Of a stretch of DNA of 64,000 nt, positions 45,943 through 57,212 are shown in pieces. Every line of letters starts with the position of its first letter. Positions within the stretch are counted from its first letter, which is position 1. The translations under genes and the position numbers were made by a program. Source of the DNA: Mobula hypostoma (lineage: Eukaryota); the NCBI RefSeq assembly GCF_963921235.1, contig NC_086107.1, positions 96,164,001-96,228,000 on the forward strand, written 5' to 3'. The notes under the pieces were generated by a model that was not told the DNA's origin, did not search any database, and saw only the letters and a program-made list of their open reading frames with translations.

Positions 45943-46845
45943 ACCCACCCCCATCCACCCTGGTAAAAAAAAGGTGGTGGGGGAGCAGGGGAGAAGACAC
46001 TGTGTCCAATCATAGCCTGTGCAGACGCAAAGTCTGCAGCTTCTGGAGATGAAACAAACTCAATCCACTCAACAATTGTAATTGCACACACGTCAAAATA
46101 AAGGCACAGAGGTGTGAATGGCTGCACTTCAGCCTTCGGCTTGGAGAGCACACCCATTGTTTCTCCTCAGGCACACCTGTAGCTGACATCCTCCTGTTCC
46201 CAAACTTGCCAGGAGGCTTTTCTGCCCGCGGACTTTGGCCACGTCCACAACCCTCGTACCGGTCTTGAGCGTTGCACGTGGCCTCTGCCTTTGTCGCCCG
46301 GCGCAGTCCCATCCGCTCGCTCCCTCCCGGAGAGGGCAGAGCCTCCGAAGGAGACCGTTCAGCTGGATGGATGCGCCGGCCAGCTAGGGCGCGCAAAGCC
46401 GAGAGGCGCGCTCTCTTTGCCGAGTGCAGGGACGCCCTTGAAGGGCCCAGCGGCCTGCTCCCACTCCCCCTGCAGACTCTTGTGCAGACAGGACAGCGTG
46501 ACCAGCCTCCCATGACCAGGAGAGCAGTGCAAGTTGAGCCAGCCTCTGAGACCGACCTGGGAGCCGGCAGCCTTGACGTAGGCAGTGTGCCAGTGACGTA
46601 GGCGCCCATAAGTACGGCCCCACTCCCAGATGATTGGTGGATCACTAGCAGCTTTACATAGCCTCTGACAACTTGCACTCATGACGGACCAGGTAGGCAA
46701 CAGCTGTCCAGCACACCCACCCATCCCAGACAACCTAGGGGAGAGCTGCCAGCGGGCCAGGGCAGCAAGGTCTTTGCCAGGCCTCCTGCTTCAATCTAAA
46801 CACCAGAGGCTAGGCAGGATGTAGCCGACTCAAGCGTATGCCTGC

Positions 46846-46897
46846 ATCGCTTCTCGGCCTTTTGGCTAAGATCAAGTGTAGTATCTGTTCTTATCAG
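46846..46897 (+). pseudogene. RNU2: U2 snRNA 5' portion (nt 1-52), disrupted by copies E+F
   Basis: Same junction as copy B. Confidence 0.95.
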
Positions 46898-47002
46898 ACC
46901 AGAAGGCGGAGGTGAAGAGTTCGCGCTGACGCAGGGGTGGATCCTAATGCTGATTGGCCTCCAATCTAACACCCCATACCAGCGACGACAGCAGTGAGGA
47001 AG

Positions 47003-48430
47003 ATGGCAGCAGCGAGCAGTGCATCGGCTCGAGGCCAAGGTATCAAGAACACTGTCAGGCTGACAGTGCGAGACCGGAACGGGGGCACCGGCTTCACCCG
47101 AGAGACCTTCATCCGGAAGGTCTTGATGGAATGCTGCGGATTTACGCCTGACGACATCTACTGCGTCCAGGACTTTGCAGGTTTTTTCGACGTGACTTTC
47201 CGGCAGGCTGCAGGGTGGCAGAAGCTGTACCAGCAGCTTCAGCTGAAGGGGACAGAGGCGCCGCTGTCGCTGTTGAAAGCACAGGCCCTCTTTGCCACGG
47301 CTACCCAGCAGGAACGGACAATCACGGTGCACATGTTCAACCCGCACGTGCCATTGGTAGATGTCCTTACATTCCTCGCTCGGTATGTGGAGAGCGTAGG
47401 AACGCCAGCAGACGTGAAGGACGGACTGGGAATCTGGACCAGCAAACGGCAGGTCAAGGTGAAGCTGAGGTTGGACTCCAACGGCGGCGTCATCCACCCC
47501 CCCTCCGTCTTCGCCATCGGAGGGAACCGAGGGTACACGGTGTACGCGGGGCAACCCAGGGTGTGCCGAAACTGCGGCAAGGCAGGGCACATCGCAGCCC
47601 AGTGCAGGGTGGTGATGTGCAAGAACTGCAAAACTGAAGGCCACCTGACCAAAGACTGCACGCAGGCCAAGTCCTGCAACCTTTGTGGACAAGACGGCCA
47701 CCTGTACAGAGCCTGCCCGAGGCGTGGGGGCACCTACGCACAGGCAACCAGGGGTGGTGCTGGTCCTGAAAGGGCCCAGGCAGTTTCGGACGCCCCTGCC
47801 AGCACTGCCGAAGAGGCACCCGACAGGGCGGACGATGAGACCAGGGAGGAAGGGGCAAGCACCCCGAGACCTGCCACCCCACTGCAGACCCTCCAGGACC
47901 AAGCAAATGACGAGCAGGAGTCCATGGAGGAAGGGACAGCTGAGGTGGAAACGGAATGGAAGGTCGTGAAACGGAAAAAGACCCAAAAGGCGGCGGCCAA
48001 GCGACAGAAGGCGGAGCAACGCAAGAAAAGGGCAGGGAACCACACAGCCTCTGGTACCCTGTCCTCTTCAGAGGAGGAAGGAGTTGGGGGAGGCCAGCAG
48101 CCCCAGCGGAAGAAGCGGCTGGCAGAACAGGTGGAGAGGAGGAGAGAGGAGGGGGAAAGTCTGCTGGCCACCCCCCAAGTACAGGAGGCGGAGAGCAGCA
48201 GACACACCGAGCTCCGGGAATCCGGGAGCAGAGCCACGGTTGGCACCCAGCAGCCGGAAGGGGAAGCAGCCCAGGAAGCCAACAACCCCCCGGGCCCAGA
48301 ACCAGAACGGCCACACACGGAGGAGTACTACCAGCAGTACCTGAGCCCACAGGAGGTGGAAAACTTCACAAAGGCGGTGGGAATGAAGGCTCAGGATGGC
48401 AAGGATGAGGACGGAGTGCAGCCAAAATAA
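47003..48430 (+). CDS. ORF1 (copy E)
   Basis: Intact, 3 CCHC knuckles. Confidence 0.95.
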   Translation: MAAASSASARGQGIKNTVRLTVRDRNGGTGFTRETFIRKVLMECCGFTPDDIYCVQDFAGFFDVTFRQAAGWQKLYQQLQLKGTEAPLSLLKAQALFATATQQERTITVHMFNPHVPLVDVLTFLARYVESVGTPADVKDGLGIWTSKRQVKVKLRLDSNGGVIHPPSVFAIGGNRGYTVYAGQPRVCRNCGKAGHIAAQCRVVMCKNCKTEGHLTKDCTQAKSCNLCGQDGHLYRACPRRGGTYAQATRGGAGPERAQAVSDAPASTAEEAPDRADDETREEGASTPRPATPLQTLQDQANDEQESMEEGTAEVETEWKVVKRKKTQKAAAKRQKAEQRKKRAGNHTASGTLSSSEEEGVGGGQQPQRKKRLAEQVERRREEGESLLATPQVQEAESSRHTELRESGSRATVGTQQPEGEAAQEANNPPGPEPERPHTEEYYQQYLSPQEVENFTKAVGMKAQDGKDEDGVQPK

Positions 48431-48440
48431 GAGACCTACA

Positions 48441-51400
48441 ATGATGGCAGACCTTAAATTGGCGTGCTTGAATGTGCGAAGTTTGAAGAGTACTGGGCGA
48501 TGCGTCAGCACGCTCCAGTACCTGGACACTGTAAAGACCGACGTGACCTTCCTCCAGGAGTGCGGACTACCACATCTCCGTAACTACCGGAGGTGGTCAC
48601 GGTGGTGGAAAAAAGGTTTGTCTGTGTGGTCGGGGGGCAACGATTGTCGCGCTTCCGGCCTGGGGATTCTGCTACGGGGAGGTAACTTCTCAATCACCCA
48701 AGTTAAAGAGGTGGTTGCGGGGCGCCTCCTGGTAGCAGACGTCAAATACCGGGGCACTCCGCTCCGGCTGATCAACGTGTACGCCTCCCCCGTTCGGAGC
48801 GAGCGGCTGGCCGTCTTCGAGCAGCTCCCACAGCTGCTGGTGACGTCCCAGCCGGTCGTTCTGGCCGGAGACTTCAACTGCACCATTGATGCGGCTGGAG
48901 GACCCGGCAGCGCCGACGGCAGGCTGGACAGTACCTCCAGACTCCTGAGGGAAATAGTAAAGACGGCCAAGCTGCGCGACGCCTTTGGCACCCCCACAGG
49001 TGGAGCACAGCCGCAAGCCACCTGGACACGGTCGGACGGCTCAGCCCGCTCCCGGATCGACTTCCTCTTCCTGTCAGAGCCCCTCACGGTCAGGTCCACC
49101 GACGTCACGCCGGTGTTCTTCTCTGACCACTGCCTTCTGAGAGCCACCTGTCGCTTACGGGAGGACCAGAAGGCAGGCAGGGGGACGTGGAAGCTGAATG
49201 TTAAGCTGCTGACCCCAGAGAACATCGAGGAACTAGAGAGGGAGTACACAGGTTGGAGAACCTTGAAAGCCTTCTTTGATTCCCCGGTTCACTGGTGGGA
49301 AGCCACCAAAGAGAACATTAAGAGGTTCTTCATCCGCAAGGGTATCCAGAAGGCAAGGCAGGAGCAGAGGGAACTGCGTAAACTCCAGACAGAGTTGCAG
49401 CAACTTCTCCTTCTGCAGTCGAAGGGGGTGGATGTCAGGGAGGAATTGCGAGAGGTGAAGGGCCGGCAAGCCCATAACCTCGCCGCCGAATCCTCCAAGA
49501 TCATCTTCCGATCAAGGGTCCAAACCGTGGAGCAGGACGAGACGTGCTCACGCTTCTTCTTCCAAAAGGTGCACAGGGGGAGCTCTGTGATCCACAACCT
49601 TAAGGAAGAGGACGGCTCAGTCGCGTCCTCGCAGACCGACATACTGAGGATCTGCAAGTCCTTCTATGCCGGTCTGTACGACGAAAAGGCCACAGAATCC
49701 ACAGCCTCCCGCAACTTCCTGTCGTCTATCACGCAGGTCTTAGACGGCGGCAAGCGGGAGAGTCTGGATCAGCCACTGACCCTGGACGAGCTGACAGGCT
49801 CCATCCGTTCCTTTGGGTCGGGTAAGACTCCCGGAAGCGACGGCTTACCGGCTGAGTTGTACTCGGCTCTGTGGAACTGGATAGGCCCAGACCTGCTGGA
49901 AGTGTACAATGCTATGCTTCTGGCCGGCAGTATGTCTGAGTCCATGAGGAAGGGCATCATCACCCTCATCTACAAGCAGAAGGGGGAAAGAGAGGACATT
50001 AGAAATTGGAGACCCATCTCTCTCCTGAATGTGGACTACAAGATCCTGTCCAAGGCTATCGCCAACAGGGTCAAGTCTGCTCTGGGACAGGTGATCCACC
50101 CAGACCAAACCTGTGCTGTACCAGGCAGGAAGATCTCAGACAGCCTCGCGCTGCTGAGGGACACCATCGCCTACGTGCAGGACAGGAGGGTGGACGCCTG
50201 CCTGGTCAGCTTGGACCAGGAGAAAGCCTTCGACAGGATATCGCACACGTACATGGCGGACGTGCTCTCCAAAATGGGATTTGGGGAGGGAATCCGGAAT
50301 TGGATCAGACTGCTCTACACAGACATCCGTAGTGCAGTCCAGGTCAACGGGTGGGAAACAGACAGCTTCCCCATCAGGTCTGGAGTCAGGCAGGGCTGTC
50401 CCCTCTCCCCTGTCTTGTTTGTCTGCTGCATAGAACCCTTTGCGGAAGCCATTAGGAGGGATGAGGGCATAAGAGGGGTGACGCTGCCAGGCAGTGGAGG
50501 GACCCAAGTGAAAACCTCCCTGTACATGGACGACGTCACCGTCTTCTGCTCTGATCCGAGGTCAGTTCGCAGGTTGATTGGCACCTGCGAACAGTTCGAG
50601 CTAGCGTCGGGGGCCAGGGTCAACCGCACGAAGAGCGAAGCCATGCTCTTCGGCAACTGGCCCGACCGATCCAGCGTCCCCTTCAACATCAGGTCTGACC
50701 ACGTGAAGGTGTTGGGGATATGGTTCGGAGGGGCGGAGGCGTGCAACAAGAACTGGCAGGAGCGGACTGCCAAGGTGAAACAGAAACTGGGACTGTGGGG
50801 AGGGCGCTCCCTGTCGATAACGGGCAAGAACCTGGTCATCAGGTGTGAGGTGCTCTCAGGGCTGCTGTACTTGGCGCAGGTCTGGCCCGTCCCCCGCTCC
50901 TACAGCTCGGAAATCACCCGGGCTGTCTTCAGATTCGTCTGGGGATCCAAGATGGAGCGGGTGGGACGGACCGCCATGCACAAGTCCCTGGACAACGGGG
51001 GCAAGAACGTCCCCAATGTCGCCCTCACCCTGATGGCCAGCTTCGTATGTGGCTGCATCAGGTTGTGTGTAGAGCCCAGGTATGTGGGCACCAAGTACCG
51101 CTACGTGCCCAGGTTCTACTTGTCGCCCTGGCTACGAAGGATGGGTCTGGCCCCACTCCCGCGCAACGCCCCAGTCAGCTGGTCGTTGCCGGCATACCTG
51201 TCCTACGTAGCAAAGTTCTTCCAGGAGAACGCCTTTGACCACAGGGCCATCAGGCAGTGGTCGGCACGTAGTGTCCTGCAGGCACTGCAGGAGAAGGACG
51301 TGATGGACACAGTGGGGTGGTTCCCGGAGCAGACTGTCCAGTTCATCTGGCAAAATGCCTCATCGCCAGATCTAACCAACAGGCACCAAGACCTCGCCTG

Positions 51401-51854
51401 GCTGGCGGTGAGAGGGGCCCTCCCAGTCAGAGCCCTCCTGTACGCCCGGAACGTCGTCTCCGCACCTCACTGCCCACGGGAGGACTGCAGTGAGGAGGAG
51501 TCTGTGACCCACCTCTTTGCACACTGCCAGTTCGCAAAGAGGGTGTGGAGGAGGATGGATGGGCTAGTGTCACGGTTTATCCCCAGCAGCTGCGTAACAG
51601 AGGACTCTCTGATCTACGGGCTGTTCCCGGGGACACACACGGAGACCAACGTCCGGTGCTGCTGGCAGATCATCAACTCGGTGAAAGATGCTATTTGGTC
51701 GGCCCGTAACTTGATGATCTACCAGCACATGGAGATGTCCGTGGGAGAATGCTGCCGACTGGCACATTCTCGACTGCAGGAGTACGTGCTGAGGGACGCA
51801 CTGAAACTTGGTGCAGCCACCGCAAGGGCCCGGTGGGGAAGGACCACAGTATAG
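48441..51854 (+). CDS. ORF2 (copy E)
   Basis: Intact APE-RT. Confidence 0.95.
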   Translation: MMADLKLACLNVRSLKSTGRCVSTLQYLDTVKTDVTFLQECGLPHLRNYRRWSRWWKKGLSVWSGGNDCRASGLGILLRGGNFSITQVKEVVAGRLLVADVKYRGTPLRLINVYASPVRSERLAVFEQLPQLLVTSQPVVLAGDFNCTIDAAGGPGSADGRLDSTSRLLREIVKTAKLRDAFGTPTGGAQPQATWTRSDGSARSRIDFLFLSEPLTVRSTDVTPVFFSDHCLLRATCRLREDQKAGRGTWKLNVKLLTPENIEELEREYTGWRTLKAFFDSPVHWWEATKENIKRFFIRKGIQKARQEQRELRKLQTELQQLLLLQSKGVDVREELREVKGRQAHNLAAESSKIIFRSRVQTVEQDETCSRFFFQKVHRGSSVIHNLKEEDGSVASSQTDILRICKSFYAGLYDEKATESTASRNFLSSITQVLDGGKRESLDQPLTLDELTGSIRSFGSGKTPGSDGLPAELYSALWNWIGPDLLEVYNAMLLAGSMSESMRKGIITLIYKQKGEREDIRNWRPISLLNVDYKILSKAIANRVKSALGQVIHPDQTCAVPGRKISDSLALLRDTIAYVQDRRVDACLVSLDQEKAFDRISHTYMADVLSKMGFGEGIRNWIRLLYTDIRSAVQVNGWETDSFPIRSGVRQGCPLSPVLFVCCIEPFAEAIRRDEGIRGVTLPGSGGTQVKTSLYMDDVTVFCSDPRSVRRLIGTCEQFELASGARVNRTKSEAMLFGNWPDRSSVPFNIRSDHVKVLGIWFGGAEACNKNWQERTAKVKQKLGLWGGRSLSITGKNLVIRCEVLSGLLYLAQVWPVPRSYSSEITRAVFRFVWGSKMERVGRTAMHKSLDNGGKNVPNVALTLMASFVCGCIRLCVEPRYVGTKYRYVPRFYLSPWLRRMGLAPLPRNAPVSWSLPAYLSYVAKFFQENAFDHRAIRQWSARSVLQALQEKDVMDTVGWFPEQTVQFIWQNASSPDLTNRHQDLAWLAVRGALPVRALLYARNVVSAPHCPREDCSEEESVTHLFAHCQFAKRVWRRMDGLVSRFIPSSCVTEDSLIYGLFPGTHTETNVRCCWQIINSVKDAIWSARNLMIYQHMEMSVGECCRLAHSRLQEYVLRDALKLGAATARARWGRTTV

Positions 51855-52170
51855 GTTTCTCCACCCGTGGGAGTGGGAGGGGTCGGAGGGCGGGGAGTAT
51901 ACCCCTCAACAATGAAATGATGTGGTATAAATACGGATATGTACTGTGTATAATGCAAACGTATGTAAAGGATGAAAAGTTATTGAATGGTTTATTGTAT
52001 ATATTTATTTTTGAATAAAGTATATTTTGAAATAAAAAAAAAAAAAAAAAATCTGTTCTTATCAGACCAGAAGGCGGAGGTGAAGAGTTCGCGCTGACGC
52101 AGGGGTGGATCCTAATGCTGATTGGCCTCCAATCTAACACCCCATACCAGCGACGACAGCAGTGAGGAAG

Positions 52171-53598
52171 ATGGCAGCAGCGAGCAGTGCATCGGCTCGA
52201 GGCCAAGGTATCAAGAACACTGTCAGGCTGACAGTGCGAGACCGGAACGGGGGCACCGGCTTCACCCGAGAGACCTTCATCCGGAAGGTCTTGATGGAAT
52301 GCTGCGGATTTACGCCTGACGACATCTACTGTGTCCAGGACTTCGCAGGTTTTTTCGATGTGACTTTCCGGCAAGCTGCAGGGTGGCAGAAGCTGTACCA
52401 GCAGCTTCAGCTGAAGGGGACAGAGGCGCCGCTGTCGCTGTTGAAAGCACAGGCCCTCTTTGCCACGGCTACCCAGCAGGAACGGACAATCACGGTGCAC
52501 ATGTTCAACCCGCACGTGCCATTGGTAGATGTCCTTACATTCCTCGCTCGGTATGTGGAGAGCGTAGGAACACCAGAAGACGTGAAGGACGGACTGGGAA
52601 TCTGGACCAGCAAACGGCAGGTCAAGGTGAAGCTGAGGTTGGACTCCAACGGCGGCGTCATCCACCCCCCCTCCGTCTTCGCCATCGGAGGGAACCGAGG
52701 GTACACGGTGTACGCGGGGCAACCCAGGGTGTGCCGAAACTGCGGCAAGGCAGGGCACATCGCAGCCCAGTGCAGGGTGGTGATGTGCAAGAACTGCAAA
52801 ACTGAAGGCCACCTGACCAAAGACTGCACGCAGGCCAAGTCCTGCAACCTTTGTGGACAAGACGGCCACCTGTACAGAGCCTGCCCGAGGCGTGGGGGCA
52901 CCTACGCACAGGCAACCAGGGGAGGTGCTGGTCCTGAAAGGGCCCAGGCAGTTTCGGACGCCCCTGCCAGCACTGCCGAAGAGGCACCCGACAGGGCGGA
53001 CGATGAGACCAGGGAGGAAGGGGCAAGCACCCCGAGACCTGCCACCCCACTGCAGACCCTCCAGGACCAAGCAAATGACGAGCAGGAGTCCATGGAGGAA
53101 GGGACAGCTGAGGTGGAAACGGAATGGAAGGTCGTGAAACGGAAAAAGACCCAAAAGGCGGCGGCCAAGCGACAGAAGGCGGAGCAACGCAAGAAAAGGG
53201 CAGGGAACCACACAGCCTCTGGTACCCTGTCCTCTTCAGAGGAGGAAGGAGTTGGGGGAGGCCAGCAGCCCCAGCGGAAGAAGCGGCTGGCAGAACAGGT
53301 GGAGAGGAGGAGAGAGGAGGGGGAAAGTCTGCTGGCCACCCCCCAAGTACAGGAGGCGGAGAGCAGCAGACACACCGAGCTCCGGGAATCCGGGAGCAGA
53401 GCCACGGTTGGCACCCAGCAGCCGGAAGGGGAAGCAGCCCAGGAAGCCAACAACCCCCCGGGCCCAGAACCAGAACGGCCACACACGGAGGAGTACTACC
53501 AGCAGTACCTGAGCCCACAGGAGGTGGAAAACTTCACAAAGGCGGTGGGAATGAAGGCTCAGGATGGCAAGGATGAGGACGGAGTGCAGCCAAAATAA
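52171..53598 (+). CDS. ORF1 (copy F)
   Basis: Intact, 3 CCHC knuckles. Confidence 0.95.
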   Translation: MAAASSASARGQGIKNTVRLTVRDRNGGTGFTRETFIRKVLMECCGFTPDDIYCVQDFAGFFDVTFRQAAGWQKLYQQLQLKGTEAPLSLLKAQALFATATQQERTITVHMFNPHVPLVDVLTFLARYVESVGTPEDVKDGLGIWTSKRQVKVKLRLDSNGGVIHPPSVFAIGGNRGYTVYAGQPRVCRNCGKAGHIAAQCRVVMCKNCKTEGHLTKDCTQAKSCNLCGQDGHLYRACPRRGGTYAQATRGGAGPERAQAVSDAPASTAEEAPDRADDETREEGASTPRPATPLQTLQDQANDEQESMEEGTAEVETEWKVVKRKKTQKAAAKRQKAEQRKKRAGNHTASGTLSSSEEEGVGGGQQPQRKKRLAEQVERRREEGESLLATPQVQEAESSRHTELRESGSRATVGTQQPEGEAAQEANNPPGPEPERPHTEEYYQQYLSPQEVENFTKAVGMKAQDGKDEDGVQPK

Positions 53599-53608
53599 GA
53601 GACCTACA

Positions 53609-56600
53609 ATGATGGCAGACCTTAAATTGGCGTGCTTGAATGTGCGAAGTTTGAAGAGTACTGGGCGATGCGTCAGCACGCTCCAGTACCTGGACACTGT
53701 AAAGACCGACGTGACCTTCCTCCAGGAGTGCGGACTACCACATCTCCGTAACTACCGGAGGTGGTCACGGTGGTGGAAAAAAGGTTTGTCTGTGTGGTCG
53801 GGGGGCAACGATTGTCGCGCTTCCGGCCTGGGGATTCTGCTACGGGGAGGTAACTTCTCAATCACCCAAGTTAAAGAGGTGGTTGCGGGGCGCCTCCTGG
53901 TAGCAGACGTCAAATACCGGGGCACTCCGCTCCGGCTGATCAACGTGTACGCCTCCCCCGTTCGGAGCGAGCGGCTGGCCGTCTTCGAGCAGCTCCCACA
54001 GCTGCTGGTGACGTCCCAGCCGGTCGTTCTGGCCGGAGACTTCAACTGCACCATTGATGCGGCTGGAGGACCCGGCAGCGCCGACGGCAGGCTGGACAGT
54101 ACCTCCAGACTCCTGAGGGAAATAGTAAAGACGGCCAAGCTGCGCGACGCCTTTGGCACCCCCACAGGTGGAGCACAGCCGCAAGCCACCTGGACACGGT
54201 CGGACGGCTCAGCCTGCTCCCGGATCGACTTCCTCTTCCTGTCAGAGCCCCTCACGGTCAGGTCCACCGACGTCACGCCAGTGTTCTTCTCTGACCACTG
54301 CCTTCTGAGAGCCACCTGTCGCTTACGGGAGGACCAGAAGGCAGGCAGGGGGACGTGGAAGCTGAATGTTAAGCTGCTGACCCCAGAGAACATCGAGGAA
54401 CTAGAGAGGGAGTACACAGGTTGGAGAACCTTGAAAGCCTTCTTTGATTCCCCGGTTCACTGGTGGGAAGCCACCAAAGAGAACATTAAGAGGTTCTTCA
54501 TCCGCAAGGGTATCCAGAAGGCAAGGCAGGAGCAGAGGGAACTGCGTAAACTCCAGACAGAGTTGCAGCAACTTCTCCTTCTGCAGTCGAAGGGGGTGGA
54601 TGTCAGGGAGGAATTGCGAGAGGTGAAGGGCCGGCAAGCCCATAACCTCGCCGCCGAATCCTCCAAGATCATCTTCCGATCAAGGGTCCAAACCGTGGAG
54701 CAGGACGAGACGTGCTCACGCTTCTTCTTCCAAAAGGTGCACAGGGGGAGCTCTGTGATCCACAACCTTAAGGAAGAGGACGGCTCAGTCGCGTCCTCGC
54801 AGACCGACATACTGAGGATCTGCAAGTCCTTCTATGCCGGTCTGTACGACGAAAAGGCCACAGAATCCACAGCCTCCCGCAACTTCCTGTCGTCTATCAC
54901 GCAGGTCTTAGACGGCGGCAAGCGGGAGAGTCTGGATCAGCCACTGACCCTGGACGAGCTGACAGGCTCCATCCGTTCCTTTGGGTCGGGTAAGACTCCC
55001 GGAAGCGACGGCTTACCGGCTGAGTTGTACTCGGCTCTGTGGAACTGGATAGGCCCAGACCTGCTGGAAGTGTACAATGCTATGCTTCTGGCCGGCAGTA
55101 TGTCTGAGTCCATGAGGAAGGGCATCATCACCCTCATCTACAAGCAGAAGGGGGAAAGAGAGGACATTAGAAATTGGAGACCCATCTCTCTCCTGAATGT
55201 GGACTACAAGATCCTGTCCAAGGCTATCGCCAACAGGGTCAAGTCTGCTCTGGGACAGGTGATCCACCCAGACCAAACCTGTGCTGTACCAGGCAGGAAG
55301 ATCTCAGACAGCCTCGCGCTGCTGAGGGACACCATCGCCTACGTGCAGGACAGGAGGGTGGACGCCTGCCTGGTCAGCTTGGACCAGGAGAAAGCCTTCG
55401 ACAGGATATCGCACACGTACATGGCGGACGTGCTCTCCAAAATGGGATTTGGGGAGGGAATCCGGAATTGGATCAGACTGCTCTACACAGACATCCGTAG
55501 TGCAGTCCAGGTCAACGGGTGGGAAACAGACAGCTTCCCCATCAGGTCTGGAGTCAGGCAGGGCTGTCCCCTCTCCCCTGTCTTGTTTGTCTGCTGCATA
55601 GAACCCTTTGCGGAAGCCATTAGGAGGGATGAGGGCATAAGAGGGGTGACGCTGCCAGGCAGTGGAGGGACCCAAGTGAAAACCTCCCTGTACATGGACG
55701 ACGTCACCGTCTTCTGCTCTGATCCGAGGTCAGTTCGCAGGTTGATTGGCACCTGCGAACAGTTCGAGCTAGCGTCGGGGGCCAGGGTCAACCGCACGAA
55801 GAGCGAAGCCATGCTCTTCGGCAACTGGCCCGACCGATCCAGCGTCCCCTTCAACATCAGGTCTGACCACGTGAAGGTGTTGGGGATATGGTTCGGAGGG
55901 GCGGAGGCGTGCAACAAGAACTGGCAGGAGCGGACTGCCAAGGTGAAACAGAAACTGGGACTGTGGGGAGGGCGCTCCCTGTCGATAACGGGCAAGAACC
56001 TGGTCATCAGGTGTGAGGTGCTCTCAGGGCTGCTGTACTTGGCGCAGGTCTGGCCCGTCCCCCGCTCCTACAGCTCGGAAATCACCCGGGCTGTCTTCAG
56101 ATTCGTCTGGGGATCCAAGATGGAGCGGGTGGGACGGACCGCCATGCACAAGTCCCTGGACAACGGGGGCAAGAACGTCCCCAATGTCGCCCTCACCCTG
56201 ATGGCCAGCTTCGTATGTGGCTGCATCAGGTTGTGTGTAGAGCCCAGGTATGTGGGCACCAAGTACCGCTACGTGCCCAGGTTCTACTTGTCGCCCTGGC
56301 TACGAAGGATGGGTCTGGCCCCACTCCCGCGCAACGCCCCAGTCAGCTGGTCGTTGCCGGCATACCTGTCCTACGTAGCAAAGTTCTTCCAGGAGAACGC
56401 CTTTGACCACAGGGCCATCAGGCAGTGGTCGGCACGTAGTGTCCTGCAGGCACTGCAGGAGAAGGACGTGATGGACACAGTGGGGTGGTTCCCGGAGCAG
56501 ACTGTCCAGTTCATCTGGCAAAATGCCTCATCGCCAGATCTAACCAACAGGCACCAAGACCTCGCCTGGCTGGCGGTGAGAGGGGCCCTCCCAGTCAGAG

Positions 56601-57022
56601 CCCTCCTGTACGCCCGGAACGTCGTCTCCGCACCCCATTGCCCACGGGAGGACTGCAGTGAGGAGGAGTCTGTGACCCACCTCTTTGCACACTGCCAGTT
56701 CGCAAAGAGGGTGTGGAGGAGGATGGATGGGCTAGTGTCACGGTTTATCCCCAGCAGCTGCGTAACAGAGGACTCTCTGATCTACGGGCTGTTCCCGGGG
56801 ACACACACGGAGACCAACGTCCGGTGCTGCTGGCAGATCATCAACTCGGTGAAAGATGCTATTTGGTCGGCCCGTAACTTGATGATCTACCAGCACATGG
56901 AGATGTCCGTGGGAGAATGCTGCCGACTGGCACATTCTCGACTGCAGGAGTACGTGCTGAGGGACGCACTGAAACTTGGTGCAGCCACCGCAAGGGCCCG
57001 GTGGGGAAGGACCACAGTATAG
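53609..57022 (+). CDS. ORF2 (copy F)
   Basis: Intact APE-RT. Confidence 0.95.
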   Translation: MMADLKLACLNVRSLKSTGRCVSTLQYLDTVKTDVTFLQECGLPHLRNYRRWSRWWKKGLSVWSGGNDCRASGLGILLRGGNFSITQVKEVVAGRLLVADVKYRGTPLRLINVYASPVRSERLAVFEQLPQLLVTSQPVVLAGDFNCTIDAAGGPGSADGRLDSTSRLLREIVKTAKLRDAFGTPTGGAQPQATWTRSDGSACSRIDFLFLSEPLTVRSTDVTPVFFSDHCLLRATCRLREDQKAGRGTWKLNVKLLTPENIEELEREYTGWRTLKAFFDSPVHWWEATKENIKRFFIRKGIQKARQEQRELRKLQTELQQLLLLQSKGVDVREELREVKGRQAHNLAAESSKIIFRSRVQTVEQDETCSRFFFQKVHRGSSVIHNLKEEDGSVASSQTDILRICKSFYAGLYDEKATESTASRNFLSSITQVLDGGKRESLDQPLTLDELTGSIRSFGSGKTPGSDGLPAELYSALWNWIGPDLLEVYNAMLLAGSMSESMRKGIITLIYKQKGEREDIRNWRPISLLNVDYKILSKAIANRVKSALGQVIHPDQTCAVPGRKISDSLALLRDTIAYVQDRRVDACLVSLDQEKAFDRISHTYMADVLSKMGFGEGIRNWIRLLYTDIRSAVQVNGWETDSFPIRSGVRQGCPLSPVLFVCCIEPFAEAIRRDEGIRGVTLPGSGGTQVKTSLYMDDVTVFCSDPRSVRRLIGTCEQFELASGARVNRTKSEAMLFGNWPDRSSVPFNIRSDHVKVLGIWFGGAEACNKNWQERTAKVKQKLGLWGGRSLSITGKNLVIRCEVLSGLLYLAQVWPVPRSYSSEITRAVFRFVWGSKMERVGRTAMHKSLDNGGKNVPNVALTLMASFVCGCIRLCVEPRYVGTKYRYVPRFYLSPWLRRMGLAPLPRNAPVSWSLPAYLSYVAKFFQENAFDHRAIRQWSARSVLQALQEKDVMDTVGWFPEQTVQFIWQNASSPDLTNRHQDLAWLAVRGALPVRALLYARNVVSAPHCPREDCSEEESVTHLFAHCQFAKRVWRRMDGLVSRFIPSSCVTEDSLIYGLFPGTHTETNVRCCWQIINSVKDAIWSARNLMIYQHMEMSVGECCRLAHSRLQEYVLRDALKLGAATARARWGRTTV

Positions 57023-57212
57023 GTTTCTCCACCCGTGGGAGTGGGAGGGGTCGGAGGGCGGGGAGTATACCCCTCAACAATGAAATGATGTGGTATAAAT
57101 ACGGATATGTACTGTGTATAATGCAAACGTATGTAAAGGATGAAAAGTTATTGAATGGTTTATTGTATATATTTATTTTTGAATAAAGTATATTTTGAAA
57201 TTAAAAAAAAAA

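Larger units (their letters stand above)
46898..52050 (+). mobile_element. Full-length Tx1/Keno-like copy E
   Basis: Complete; followed by the TSD (52051-52065) and then copy F. Confidence 0.97.
52066..57212 (+). mobile_element. Full-length Tx1/Keno-like copy F, tandem with copy E
   Basis: Complete; the 3' TSD carries one C>T change. Confidence 0.97.
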
